Origin: Patescibacteria group bacterium
GTDB taxonomy: Bacteria > Patescibacteriota > Minisyncoccia > Phycocordibacterales > PALSA-1337
NCBI GenBank assembly: GCA_038061795.1
Contig: JBBTYL010000003.1
Span: forward strand, 41-64,040
Direction of reading: 5' to 3'
Length of the DNA stretch: 64,000 nucleotides
Under the pieces are notes generated by a model that had not been told where the DNA came from, did not search any database, and saw only the letters and a list, made by a program, of their open reading frames with translations. Position numbers and translations under genes: made by a program. Positions 33,708-42,541 of the stretch are shown here, piece after piece. Within the stretch, counting starts at the first letter, position 1; every line of letters starts with the position of its first letter.

Positions 33708-34656
33708 GCTGGACGATATGATCAAGAAAATGCTCAAGCGAAGCGCCGACTGAGTGAAGCGCCTTTGGAATAAGAGACTCTTCAGTGAGTCCTGGCAGCG
33801 TATTAGTCTCGAGGATAAAGATGCCTCGCTTCGGATGGATCATGAAATCGGAGCGCGAATAGTGGCGGAGTCCGAGAGCCTGATGTGCCTGCTTTGCCAT
33901 CTGCTCCAATTCCCTCTTTTGAGTCTCTGTAAAATTACCAGGAACAATCTCATCCGACAATCCGCCATACTTCGCTTCAAAGTCAAAAAACCTGTCTCCA
34001 TGAGGACGTATTTCAATCGGCGGTAAAGCATAGAGATCATGGTCACGATAACCATCGACAACTCCGACAGTTGCCTCAATCCCATCAATAAATTCTTCGA
34101 TCAAAACGGAGTTGCTGTGTTCGAAAGCTTGCCTAATTGCTTCTTCCAATTCAGGAAAGCCCCTTACTATCTTCACCCCGACCGATGATCCGCTTGAAGT
34201 CGGCTTCACAATGACCGGCAAAGGAAATTTTTGAAACGCCTTATGAGCTTCGACGCTGATGTTCTGAAGAGATTCAAGCAGCAATGACTGCGGAGTTTTC
34301 ATGTTCTCCTTTTTGTAGACATTCTTTGAAAGCTGCTTGTTCATTCCGATAGCTGAAGCAAAAGAACCTGAGCCAGTAAAGGGAATCCCGTGTGTCTCAA
34401 GCGTATGCTGAACCTTCCCATCCTCGCCGTAGTGGCCGTGGAGCGCATTGAAAATAACATCAAAATGATTGAGTGCGACATGGGGCTTTATAGGAAGGCC
34501 GTGCATATGCCAAACGCCTTTCTTGTCTATAAGGATATCCCTCACGCTATATTTATCTGTGGGGAGATGATTCAAAACCGTTGCGCCAGTTTTCAGCGAA
34601 ACTTCATACTCGTTGCTTGGTCCTCCCCGAAGGACCCCGACGCGGGTTTTGTGCAT
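33688..34656 (-). CDS. ddl: D-alanine--D-alanine ligase
   Basis: VGVLRGGPSNEYEVSLKTG start and ATP-grasp motifs. Start set at MHKTRVG (ATG at 34656), 7 nt after TATAAT 34664..34669. The ORF-track N-terminal extension to 34878 runs through a terminator. Confidence 0.9.
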   Translation of the reverse strand: MHKTRVGVLRGGPSNEYEVSLKTGATVLNHLPTDKYSVRDILIDKKGVWHMHGLPIKPHVALNHFDVIFNALHGHYGEDGKVQHTLETHGIPFTGSGSFASAIGMNKQLSKNVYKKENMKTPQSLLLESLQNISVEAHKAFQKFPLPVIVKPTSSGSSVGVKIVRGFPELEEAIRQAFEHSNSVLIEEFIDGIEATVGVVDGYRDHDLYALPPIEIRPHGDRFFDFEAKYGGLSDEIVPGNFTETQKRELEQMAKQAHQALGLRHYSRSDFMIHPKRGIFILETNTLPGLTEESLIPKALHSVGASLEHFLDHIVQLAINKK

Positions 34657-34674
34657 ATGAATCATTATACTATG

Positions 34675-34795
34675 GAAAAAATAAACGTGCCGACAAGGTT
34701 TCCCCTGCCGGCACGAATTCACATGCTCCGAGTAAAAGCTCTCGGAGCGACTTTGAACCACTGGGTAAACAAAGAACGATTTCACGTGTGGGCTA
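34675..34795 (-). ncRNA. Candidate small RNA 2 (about 120 nt), delimited by a promoter and a terminator
   Basis: Downstream of promoter 34802..34829. Internal hairpin CUCCGAG-N8-CUCGGAG. Ends in the 12-bp GAAA-capped hairpin 34687..34714 plus GUUUAUUUUUU. No ORF. Confidence 0.4.
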
Positions 34796-34801
34796 GAATA
34801 A

Positions 34802-34829
34802 TTTATATCACACCACGGCAATTTTGCAA
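34802..34829 (-). promoter_or_regulatory. Promoter TTGCAA-N16-TATAAA with an extended-10 TG
   Basis: -35 at 34824..34829 and -10 at 34802..34807. TGA immediately precedes the -10. Confidence 0.5.
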
Positions 34830-34953
34830 ATAAAAACGCTGCAGGATCGGGCGAACGGAGGAACCGTTTACCGACCAATCCTGCAACGGGAATGTTTCCA
34901 AGGCCTTAGTGGATGGACGCCACGACAACCCTTAGAGGAAACAAAATTCAACT
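34828..34953 (-). ncRNA. Candidate small RNA 1 (about 125 nt), delimited by a promoter and a terminator
   Basis: Downstream of promoter 34961..34989. Helices GUUUCC...GGAAAC and GUGG...CCAC. The 3' extended hairpin 34837..34888 has an 11-bp basal stem followed by UUUUUAUUU. No ORF. Confidence 0.4.
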
Positions 34954-34960
34954 AGGTAAT

Positions 34961-34989
34961 ATTATACCACCTTTTCAACTACTTTGCAA
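34961..34989 (-). promoter_or_regulatory. Near-consensus promoter TTGCAA-N17-TATAAT overlapping the uvrC stop
   Basis: -35 at 34984..34989 and -10 at 34961..34966. The transcript start is not an AUG. Confidence 0.6.
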
Positions 34990-36202
34990 CTCTTTTCAGG
35001 AAGGCTCTATTTCTAAGCCTTTTATGATACGCGATTGCAAATCGATGCGACTCGCTATTGGCAAGCAGAATGTCCTTACCATGCACCTCAAACATCTTTT
35101 CATCACCAAGAAAATGGTCTGGTTTGTGTGCTTCATTCTTTACAATAGAAACAATCGGAATGTTTTTAACAATTTCCTTTGCTACATTCAATTGGCCCAT
35201 CCCTCCATCGATAGCGATAAGATCTGGGAGCTTCCATTCTGGATGATTGAAACGGCGAGTAAGGATTTCATTCAATGCGGCAGTGTCATTATTCGCATCC
35301 TTTGATATTTTAAATTTTTTGTACTGAGATTTTTGCGCTTCGCCATTTATAACAACTGTCATGACGCCAACAGTATCCTTTCCTGACATGTGAGCAATAT
35401 CGTATGCTTCGATCCGAAAACCCTCAATATTTTCTATTGCTTCTACTGATTTAATCAGCGACACATCCTGAATATGATTCAAAGCATAAAGCGTGTTGCG
35501 CACTTTTTGAGCTTTTTCGAATTCCTGTACTGCCACATGCTCATTCATCTCTTTTTCAAGCGTTTTTATGAGCTGACCTTTTTTCCCTTCAAAAAAGAGG
35601 ACAAGATTTCGGATTGTTTTCTGATAGTCCTTCTTCGCTTCGGGCGAATCTGTATCCGGAGAAAGACCGAGAGACCGGTAAAAAGCCTCCTGATGCCTGA
35701 GTGTTGCTTTGGCATCACGAAATGGGAAAATCTTACGTACGATCTTGAGTGCATCACGAAGAAGTGTGCCTTGTGGGTATGGTCCAAACTGATACTTAAT
35801 CTTGAAGCCGAGTTTTTCTTCATCGAGCTTCTCAAGTGTACGCCCTCGGGCGATGATTATGCGAGGAAATTCTTCGTCGCTGATAATGAGATAGTTGTAG
35901 CTTTTATTGTCTTTTTCCTTCGTATTGAAATACGGCAGATGCTTCTTGATTTCATTTGATTCAAGAATGATCGCTTCAAGAACTGAATCAGTCTGCATGT
36001 GTTCGATGGTAGAAGCCTTTGTGACCATGTCCACAAGCAGTGGACCACGAGTGGCAATAAGGTCATTGCTGAAATAGCTACGCACGCGATCATAGAGCGA
36101 GGTTGCTCGTCCGATATAGAGGATATTTCCTTGAGAATCCTTAAAAAAATAAACTCCAGGAGCCTCTGGTAAGGATAGTTTTTTGAAGTCTTGACTAATC
36201 AT
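34979..36202 (-). CDS. uvrC: Excinuclease ABC subunit C, short form lacking the C-terminal (HhH)2 domain
   Basis: GIY-YIG (PGVYFFKDSQGNILYIGRATSLYDRVRSYF), the UvrBC-interaction region and the RNase H-like endonuclease (IEAYDIAHMSGKDTVG). Start at MISQDF, 7 nt after the -10 TACACT. Confidence 0.88.
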   Translation of the reverse strand: MISQDFKKLSLPEAPGVYFFKDSQGNILYIGRATSLYDRVRSYFSNDLIATRGPLLVDMVTKASTIEHMQTDSVLEAIILESNEIKKHLPYFNTKEKDNKSYNYLIISDEEFPRIIIARGRTLEKLDEEKLGFKIKYQFGPYPQGTLLRDALKIVRKIFPFRDAKATLRHQEAFYRSLGLSPDTDSPEAKKDYQKTIRNLVLFFEGKKGQLIKTLEKEMNEHVAVQEFEKAQKVRNTLYALNHIQDVSLIKSVEAIENIEGFRIEAYDIAHMSGKDTVGVMTVVINGEAQKSQYKKFKISKDANNDTAALNEILTRRFNHPEWKLPDLIAIDGGMGQLNVAKEIVKNIPIVSIVKNEAHKPDHFLGDEKMFEVHGKDILLANSESHRFAIAYHKRLRNRAFLKRVAK

Positions 36203-36209
36203 TAATATG

Positions 36210-36238
36210 AGTGTACAGTATATTTCGAATAAGTTCAA
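36210..36238 (-). promoter_or_regulatory. uvrC promoter TTGAAC-N17-TACACT, with the ATG 7 nt after the -10
   Basis: -35 at 36233..36238, -10 at 36210..36215, ATG at 36202. Confidence 0.55.
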
Positions 36239-36266
36239 CTGCAGCTAACCCTGAGAGGACCTTAAC

Positions 36267-36713
36267 ATGACCCTAACATATTTGACGAAACGATTCTTAC
36301 GGTGGCTAATCAATCTGGATGCCATTAATAAACCTATGCCAGATCTGCTACCCAGCGACCGCCCTCTCATTGCAGGCGGTGCTGCTGTAGTCTTTACCAG
36401 TATATGTTATCTGATGCACTGGATCGGATATGGCGCTACGGCGCTCATCTGTTTGGTATTGTTGATCGTGTTACTCTGGACACATGTCAAACGGGCAGTG
36501 AGCATTATTTACTGGTCATGGTTTATCTGGAACCTGATTGGATGGTTCAACGCCTACGGTGCGTTCGGACCTGATGCCCCAACATTCTTTAAGCCAGCAA
36601 TACTGGCCTTAGCCGGACCCATTTACATCCTTTGCGTCATTGCCATTAACATATATCGGTGGCGATGCAGGGAAAAGGATGAGGACAGGTTGTCATTGTC
36701 CTCACACCAATGA
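36267..36713 (+). CDS. Hypothetical 4-TM membrane protein (148 aa), plus strand, visibly G+C-richer
   Basis: ATG preceded by AGAGGA with 7-nt spacing. Followed by terminator 36732..36767. Confidence 0.6.
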   Translation: MTLTYLTKRFLRWLINLDAINKPMPDLLPSDRPLIAGGAAVVFTSICYLMHWIGYGATALICLVLLIVLLWTHVKRAVSIIYWSWFIWNLIGWFNAYGAFGPDAPTFFKPAILALAGPIYILCVIAINIYRWRCREKDEDRLSLSSHQ

Positions 36714-36731
36714 AATCACTTTTTCACAGAC

Positions 36732-36767
36732 GCGCCTCTTATGTATGATGAGGCGCTGTTTTTTATT
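36732..36767 (+). terminator. Rho-independent terminator of 36267..36713
   Basis: GCGCCUC-N11-GAGGCGC followed by UGUUUUUUAUU. Confidence 0.65.
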
Positions 36768-36774
36768 CTAAATA

Positions 36775-39375
36775 TTATTTCTCCAAAGCTCTCTTCAAAT
36801 ACTGACCGGTATATGACTTTTCATTCCGTGCAACGTCTTCCGGAGTTCCCTTTGCGACGATTTTTCCCCCTCGCGCGCCTCCATCCGGGCCGATGTCGAT
36901 AATGTAATCGGCGGATTTGATGAGATCGAGGTTATGTTCGATGACGACGACAGTATTCCCTTTTTCAACAAGTCTCTGAAGTATTTCAATGAGCTTTCGC
37001 ACATCTTCGTAGTGAAGCCCGACTGTCGGTTCGTCCAAAAGATAGATGGTCTTCTGCAAATGAGCACGATAAAGCTCCGAGGAAATCTTCACTCGCTGCG
37101 CTTCCCCGCCGGAAAGCGTCGTTGCGGACTGTCCGAGCTGGAGGTAGCCGAGGCCCACCTCCTGAAGCGTGCTGAGACGATCTGAAACTGCAGGAATATC
37201 CTCGAAGAATTTCAATCCTTCCTCGACAGTCATTTGCAAAATATCATAAACGTTTTTTCCCTTGTATTTGATATCAAGCGTCTCCTTCATGAATCTTTTG
37301 CCATTGCAAACTTCACAAGGAACATAAACAGTCGGCAAGAAGTGCATCTCGACAGCAATTTCCCCGTTGCCCTGGCATGCCTCACAACGTCCGCCTTTGA
37401 CATTGAAAGAAAACCGTCCTGGTCCCCAGCCGTGAGCGCGGGCCTCTGCAGACGCAGCAAAGAGGTCTCGGATATGCGTCCACGCGCCCGTATAAGTGAC
37501 TGGATTCGATCGAGGCGTTCGTCCAATAGCTGACTGGTCAATAAGGATGGTTCGACCGAGGTATTCGCTGCCAGCAAAGCTCGTGCAATTGTAAACCTGA
37601 GCCGTTCGGTGTCGAAATTCAAGTCGAGCCTGCAAGTTTTTGTGAAGAATCTCATACATGAATGAAGATTTTCCTGATCCGGATACTCCAGTGATCACGT
37701 TAAGGCAGCCGAGAGGAATTTCAGCATTCATATCATTTATATTGAAAATATTTCCGCCCTTTACAACAATCTTTCCTTTCGGCTCGCGGCGAGTCTCTGG
37801 AACCTCGACTTTCTTTTCTCCCCGAAGGTACGAAAGCGTAAGGGAACCGGAAACATTCTTCTTCGCCGTAAGAAGCTCATCAAGATAGCCAGAAACGACG
37901 ACCCCACCTCCATGAACACCTGCACCAGGTCCGATATCGATAATATAATCAGACGCAAACATCGTATCCTCATCGTGCTCAACGACAATAATTGTATTTC
38001 CTAGATCACGAAGGCTCGTCAGGGTCTTGATGAGGCGATCATTATCTCTCTGGTGAAGGCCTATAGTCGGCTCATCAAGCACATAAAGTGCCCCTACAAG
38101 GCCAGAACCGAGCTGCGAAGCAAGGCGGATGCGCTGCGCTTCCCCTCCAGAAAGCGTGTGGGCGCGTCGATCAAGGGTCAGATATTCTATGCCGACATTT
38201 ATCATGAATTGCAGACGCGATTCGATTTCCTTAAGAATGACTTTTGCAATCTCTTTTTCTGTTTCGGTCAGCTTTATTTCATCAAAAAAGATTTCCGCCT
38301 GTTCAATCGACATCGAAGTCACATCAACGATGTTCTTATCATTAATTCTTACATGCAGGGCCTCGTCACGGAGACGCGCACCCTTGCAGGCCTGACAGTC
38401 CTCATTGCTAAAAAATTCCTTTGTGCCAAGCCCATTGCAGGTGGTGCAGGCTCCATACGGAGAATTGAAAGAGAACAGACGGGGTTCAATCTCTGGATAT
38501 GAAAAACCGTCGTACGGGCACATGAACTTTACTGACATGAGCTTTTCTTCATCCGGAAACTCAATTTTAATAAGTCCTTGGGCCTCCTCGATCGCTTTTT
38601 CAAGGGCCTCTGAAAGACGTTCCTTGGCATTATCACGCTGCTTGTTATTGTCCTTGAGATTATTCTTGAATTCGCTCAGAAAAAGCTCATCGACAAGCAC
38701 ATCAATGTCATGCTTCTTATTCTTATCAAGGATGATCTGCTCTCGAAGACGCATGACCTTTCCATCAATCTTCACCCTGTCATATCCCTTTCCGAGAAGA
38801 TCATAAAGAAGCTGGTAGTATTCGCCTTTTCGTCCGACGACAATCGGCGCATAGACTTTTACCTTCTGATCGCTGACCTCGACGCCCATGACGGTCTTTT
38901 CTGTTTTTTTCTCTGGCTTATTGTGAGTCGTCACCTGTCTGATGATGGTTTCAAGAATTTCTTCTTTTGAAATTCGATGGATTTCGCGTCCGCATGTCAG
39001 GCAGTGTGGCTTACCAACGCGGGCAAAAAGAATTCTAAGGTAGTCGTAAATTTCCGTAATCGTCGCTACGGTCGATCGAGGATTGTTTGATCGGGACTTT
39101 TGGTCAATTGAAATCGCAGGAGAAAGACCGATGATCTCATCGACATCAGGCTTCTGCATCTGACGAAGGAACTGGCGCGCGTATGAAGAAAGGGATTCGA
39201 CATAGCGGCGCTGCCCCTCAGCAAAGATCGTATCGAAAGCAAGCGATGACTTTCCAGACCCAGAAAGGCCGGTAATGGCCACTATCTTGTTGCGTGGCAT
39301 TTCGACCGTAATATTCTTGAGATTGTGAGTGCGAGCTCCCCGGACAATGATTTTTTCATCTGTCTTTTTAACCAT
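36775..39375 (-). CDS. uvrA: Excinuclease ABC subunit A
   Basis: Two ABC ATPase modules ([26 protein letters not shown] twice) and zinc-finger cysteines. 866 aa. Confidence 0.95.
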   Translation of the reverse strand: MVKKTDEKIIVRGARTHNLKNITVEMPRNKIVAITGLSGSGKSSLAFDTIFAEGQRRYVESLSSYARQFLRQMQKPDVDEIIGLSPAISIDQKSRSNNPRSTVATITEIYDYLRILFARVGKPHCLTCGREIHRISKEEILETIIRQVTTHNKPEKKTEKTVMGVEVSDQKVKVYAPIVVGRKGEYYQLLYDLLGKGYDRVKIDGKVMRLREQIILDKNKKHDIDVLVDELFLSEFKNNLKDNNKQRDNAKERLSEALEKAIEEAQGLIKIEFPDEEKLMSVKFMCPYDGFSYPEIEPRLFSFNSPYGACTTCNGLGTKEFFSNEDCQACKGARLRDEALHVRINDKNIVDVTSMSIEQAEIFFDEIKLTETEKEIAKVILKEIESRLQFMINVGIEYLTLDRRAHTLSGGEAQRIRLASQLGSGLVGALYVLDEPTIGLHQRDNDRLIKTLTSLRDLGNTIIVVEHDEDTMFASDYIIDIGPGAGVHGGGVVVSGYLDELLTAKKNVSGSLTLSYLRGEKKVEVPETRREPKGKIVVKGGNIFNINDMNAEIPLGCLNVITGVSGSGKSSFMYEILHKNLQARLEFRHRTAQVYNCTSFAGSEYLGRTILIDQSAIGRTPRSNPVTYTGAWTHIRDLFAASAEARAHGWGPGRFSFNVKGGRCEACQGNGEIAVEMHFLPTVYVPCEVCNGKRFMKETLDIKYKGKNVYDILQMTVEEGLKFFEDIPAVSDRLSTLQEVGLGYLQLGQSATTLSGGEAQRVKISSELYRAHLQKTIYLLDEPTVGLHYEDVRKLIEILQRLVEKGNTVVVIEHNLDLIKSADYIIDIGPDGGARGGKIVAKGTPEDVARNEKSYTGQYLKRALEK

Positions 39376-39418
39376 AAATATTGATGGTTAACTATATCAG
39401 GATATGGGGATTAGGCAA

Positions 39419-40216
39419 CTATTTTTTTATGAGAGCGTCGATCTCGCGGATAATCTCATCGAGAGAAACAGCTGCCTTTACTACGAATTTATTGGCTCCG
39501 AGCAGTTTTGCTTTTTCTATATCTCCCTGCTTGCTGAGGTTTGAAAGCATGATCACTGGGATTTTCCTCAATCTATCCTCGCCCTTTATCTTTTGCAAAA
39601 CTTCGAATCCGCTCATTTCCGGAAGAATGATGTCTAGGATTATGATATCTGGTATTTCTGCCGCCAGTAATGCGAAAGCTTCCTTGCCGTTGATCGCCTT
39701 GAGGAGCTTGTAGCCGGTCGCTTCAATCTTTTTTGAAAGGATGGTGCTCAGAAGCTTGTCATCCTCGACCCAAAGGACTTTCTTGCCTGTTCCATGTAAT
39801 TGATCCTTCACGACAGGTGCAACCGTATCTATAGAATATTCGCGTCCAAGCGCCTTCTCTATCTTTTCAATCACTTCTCTGGGCTCGACGTGTGTCTTTA
39901 TAATGAAGTCCTTCATCATCGGCGTTGAAGGCAGCTTATTCATCTGTATCGGCATTCCTGAATTTGAGACGACTATAACGGGTATCTTTGTAATTTCACG
40001 GTCAAAGCTCTTTTGAATGAGGACCTCGTAGCCGTTAAGGACTGGGAGGTTCGTATCGATAAGCGCAAGATCAGGCTTGAATGACTTCATCTTCCCTAGC
40101 GCATCCTTGCCGTTCGTAACGCTGTCAGTGCCATAGCCAAGCTCCTTGAGCTGCTGCATAAGGAGAGCTGAGAGATTCCTGTCTCCAAGGGCAATGAGAA
40201 TCTTTTCTTTGTTCAT
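39419..40216 (-). CDS. Tandem-receiver (REC-REC) response regulator without an output domain
   Basis: Two CheY-like modules. The second has a canonical VEDD...D...K pattern (VLWVEDDKLL, IILDIILPEMSG). The first has GD instead of DD at the acidic pocket. Confidence 0.8.
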   Translation of the reverse strand: MNKEKILIALGDRNLSALLMQQLKELGYGTDSVTNGKDALGKMKSFKPDLALIDTNLPVLNGYEVLIQKSFDREITKIPVIVVSNSGMPIQMNKLPSTPMMKDFIIKTHVEPREVIEKIEKALGREYSIDTVAPVVKDQLHGTGKKVLWVEDDKLLSTILSKKIEATGYKLLKAINGKEAFALLAAEIPDIIILDIILPEMSGFEVLQKIKGEDRLRKIPVIMLSNLSKQGDIEKAKLLGANKFVVKAAVSLDEIIREIDALIKK

Positions 40217-40243
40217 GGGGTAATTGTAGCATTAATTTAAACC

Positions 40244-42262
40244 TCACAATAGCTCCATTCTTTTCTTCAATGCAAGTAGCTCGTCCCTAAGCAATGCCGC
40301 AGTCTCGAAATCAAGCACTTTCACAGCCTCATTCATTTCCTCTTCCTTTATCTTCATGAGCTTCTTCGGATCCTTATTGAAAAGTTCCTCGTCAATTTTC
40401 ATCATTTCGGAAACGGTCTTATCATGCTCGCTCTTCAATTGGTCCGTGATGTCCTGAATTTTCTTGATAATAGTTTTGGGAGTGATTCCATGTTTCGTAT
40501 TGTAATCTGTCTGGATTTTTCTTCGGCGGGCAGTCTCGTTTATTGCATAATTGAGCGCATCATTCATGACGTCAGCATAAAGAATCACGCGGCCATTCAC
40601 GTTTCGAGCTGCGCGGCCGATGATTTGGATCAATGAAGTTTCAGATCGCAAAAAACCGGCTTTGTCGGCATCAAGAATGCCGATCAAGGAAACCTCTGGT
40701 AGGTCCAAGCCTTCTCGTAGCAAATTGACCCCGACAAGAACATCAAATTTTCCTCTTCGAAACTCGGTTAAAATAGTGATGCGATCAATTGTTTTGATAT
40801 CGCTGTGCAAATATTCTGATTTGATTCCTTTTTCCTTCAGAAATTCGCTCAAGTCCTCTGCCATTTTTTTTGTTAAAGTCGTTGCGATTGCTCGCTCTCC
40901 CCTTTTAATAACTTTTTCAGCCTCAGAAATGAAATCGAAGATCTGACCGACATAAGTTCCTTTTTCTGCAACCGGATTAACATCTATAACTGGATCGATA
41001 AGGCCCGTAGGACGAATGACTTGCTCCACAACCTGCTCGCTGTGTTCCTTTTCAAATTTTCCTGGAGTTGCAGTCGTGTAGATGACTTGACCGACAGCCT
41101 TTTCGAACTCCTCAAACTTCATCGGTCGATTGTCTTTTGCAGATGGAAGACGAAAACCAAAATCAACAAGCGTTTCCTTTCGTGAAGCATCACCCGCATA
41201 CATTCCGCCGAGCTGCGGCACAGTAACATGGGATTCATCGATAACAGTGAGGAAATCAGGGGTGCCGTCAGCTTTATGCGGGAAATAAGCGAGCAAGGAA
41301 TCCGGAGCCTCCCCCGCTTTCTTTCCAGAAAAGTGTCGCGAATAGTTCTCGATACCATTACAATACCCGACCTCCTTTATGAGAGCAAGGTCATACTTCA
41401 CGCGACGCTTCAATCGTTCAGCCTCGAGCATTTTTCCAGCCTTTTCTAGCTCCTTCAGTCGCTGTTCAAGCTCTGCCTTGATGGTTTCAAATGCCCTTTT
41501 TGATTGCTCATCAGTGCTGATGAAATGTTTTGCAGGAAAAAGAAAAACGGTCTCATGAGTCGCCCGCACTGCCATCGTCACTGGATCAAGTTCGATGATA
41601 TTTGAAATGACGCTTCCGTCGTACTCAATCCTATAAACCGTCCTGTCGCTCACGGGCATAATCTCTATCATGTTTCCAAGCGCACGGAACTGCCCTGCAT
41701 TGAGGTCAGAAGTTGTCCTTTCAAAATGGACACCGATAAGCTTGCGGATAAGCTCTGCGCGAGAAAGATCCATTCCCTTTTCCAACTTCAAATTTACTTT
41801 TTCATATTCTTCTGGGCTTCCCAATCCGTAAATGCAAGAGACTGATGCAACTATGATTACATCCTTACGCGTTAAAAGAGCCTGCGTCGATGCGTGGCGA
41901 AGGCGATCGATTTCCTCGTTGATCATGGCTTCCTTCTCTATATATGTGTCCGTAACCGGCATATAGGCTTCCGGCTGATAGTAGTCGTAATATGAGACGA
42001 AATAGTGCACTGCGTTATTTGGAAAGAATTCTCGGTACTCTTGCGCAAGCTGAGCTGCGAGAGTCTTGTTATGGGCAATGACGAGTGTCGGCTTGCCATA
42101 GTTCGCAATGACATTTGCCATAGTAAAAGTCTTGCCAGAGCCAGTAACGCCGAAAAGCGTCTGTTTTCGCAGACCTTTTTTTAGGCCGCTGGTAAGGCCT
42201 TCTATCGCCTTTGGCTGGTCGCCCGCTGGCGTCATGGTTTGTGAGAGGTTGAAGGTGGGCAT
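40244..42262 (-). CDS. uvrB: Excinuclease ABC subunit B
   Basis: GDQPKAIEGL, GVTGSGKTFT Walker A, DESH box and a C-terminal UVR domain (AALLRDELLALKK). Start set at MPTFNL; the ORF track extends to 42340. Confidence 0.94.
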   Translation of the reverse strand: MPTFNLSQTMTPAGDQPKAIEGLTSGLKKGLRKQTLFGVTGSGKTFTMANVIANYGKPTLVIAHNKTLAAQLAQEYREFFPNNAVHYFVSYYDYYQPEAYMPVTDTYIEKEAMINEEIDRLRHASTQALLTRKDVIIVASVSCIYGLGSPEEYEKVNLKLEKGMDLSRAELIRKLIGVHFERTTSDLNAGQFRALGNMIEIMPVSDRTVYRIEYDGSVISNIIELDPVTMAVRATHETVFLFPAKHFISTDEQSKRAFETIKAELEQRLKELEKAGKMLEAERLKRRVKYDLALIKEVGYCNGIENYSRHFSGKKAGEAPDSLLAYFPHKADGTPDFLTVIDESHVTVPQLGGMYAGDASRKETLVDFGFRLPSAKDNRPMKFEEFEKAVGQVIYTTATPGKFEKEHSEQVVEQVIRPTGLIDPVIDVNPVAEKGTYVGQIFDFISEAEKVIKRGERAIATTLTKKMAEDLSEFLKEKGIKSEYLHSDIKTIDRITILTEFRRGKFDVLVGVNLLREGLDLPEVSLIGILDADKAGFLRSETSLIQIIGRAARNVNGRVILYADVMNDALNYAINETARRRKIQTDYNTKHGITPKTIIKKIQDITDQLKSEHDKTVSEMMKIDEELFNKDPKKLMKIKEEEMNEAVKVLDFETAALLRDELLALKKRMELL

Positions 42263-42282
42263 AAAATAATTTACAATATACC

Positions 42283-42483
42283 ATGAAAGGCACAGAAAGA
42301 CATACGAATATGAAAAAAACCGTAATTGAGATTCCGCCATCTTCTTGGAAACGCGGTGGGCAACAACCTCGGAAGAGCTTCAAACATGACGGAGAGGCTC
42401 AGGAAACAGGACGACGCCCAAAATCCTCGTGCAACACGAAAAAGGAGGGCTCCAAAAGGGATGACCCCCTCGAGCTCCTTTGA
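42283..42483 (+). other. Plus-strand transcription unit of unknown nature: a 66-aa highly basic ORF or a structured RNA
   Basis: Promoter-like TTGAAG-N17-TACAAT (42249..42277) 5 nt before the ATG. Purine-rich, strongly self-complementary sequence. Dedicated terminator at 42508..42541. Confidence 0.3.
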
Positions 42484-42507
42484 AAAGGATTATAACTAGG
42501 TTATCGG

Positions 42508-42541
42508 GCCGCTGGCATCAACCAGCGGCTTATCTTTATTT
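42508..42541 (+). terminator. Plus-strand rho-independent terminator
   Basis: GCCGCUGG-N6-CCAGCGGC followed by UUAUCUUUAUUU. The minus-strand reading has no U-tract. Confidence 0.6.

Noticed and set aside
34657-34878. 74-codon N-terminal extension of the ddl ORF (the track starts at 34878)
   Set aside because: The extension runs through a strong terminator hairpin with U-tract, a promoter and the ddl -10 box, and it has no Ddl similarity. The Ddl homology begins at MHKTRVGVLRGG.
34675-34953. T-box or known riboswitch leader for ddl
   Set aside because: I found no T-box sequence (AAnnnGGGUGGnACCGCG), no specifier-loop architecture, and no core motifs of the TPP, glycine, c-di-AMP or glmS classes by eye. 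An internal promoter and a first terminator also split the region into two units.
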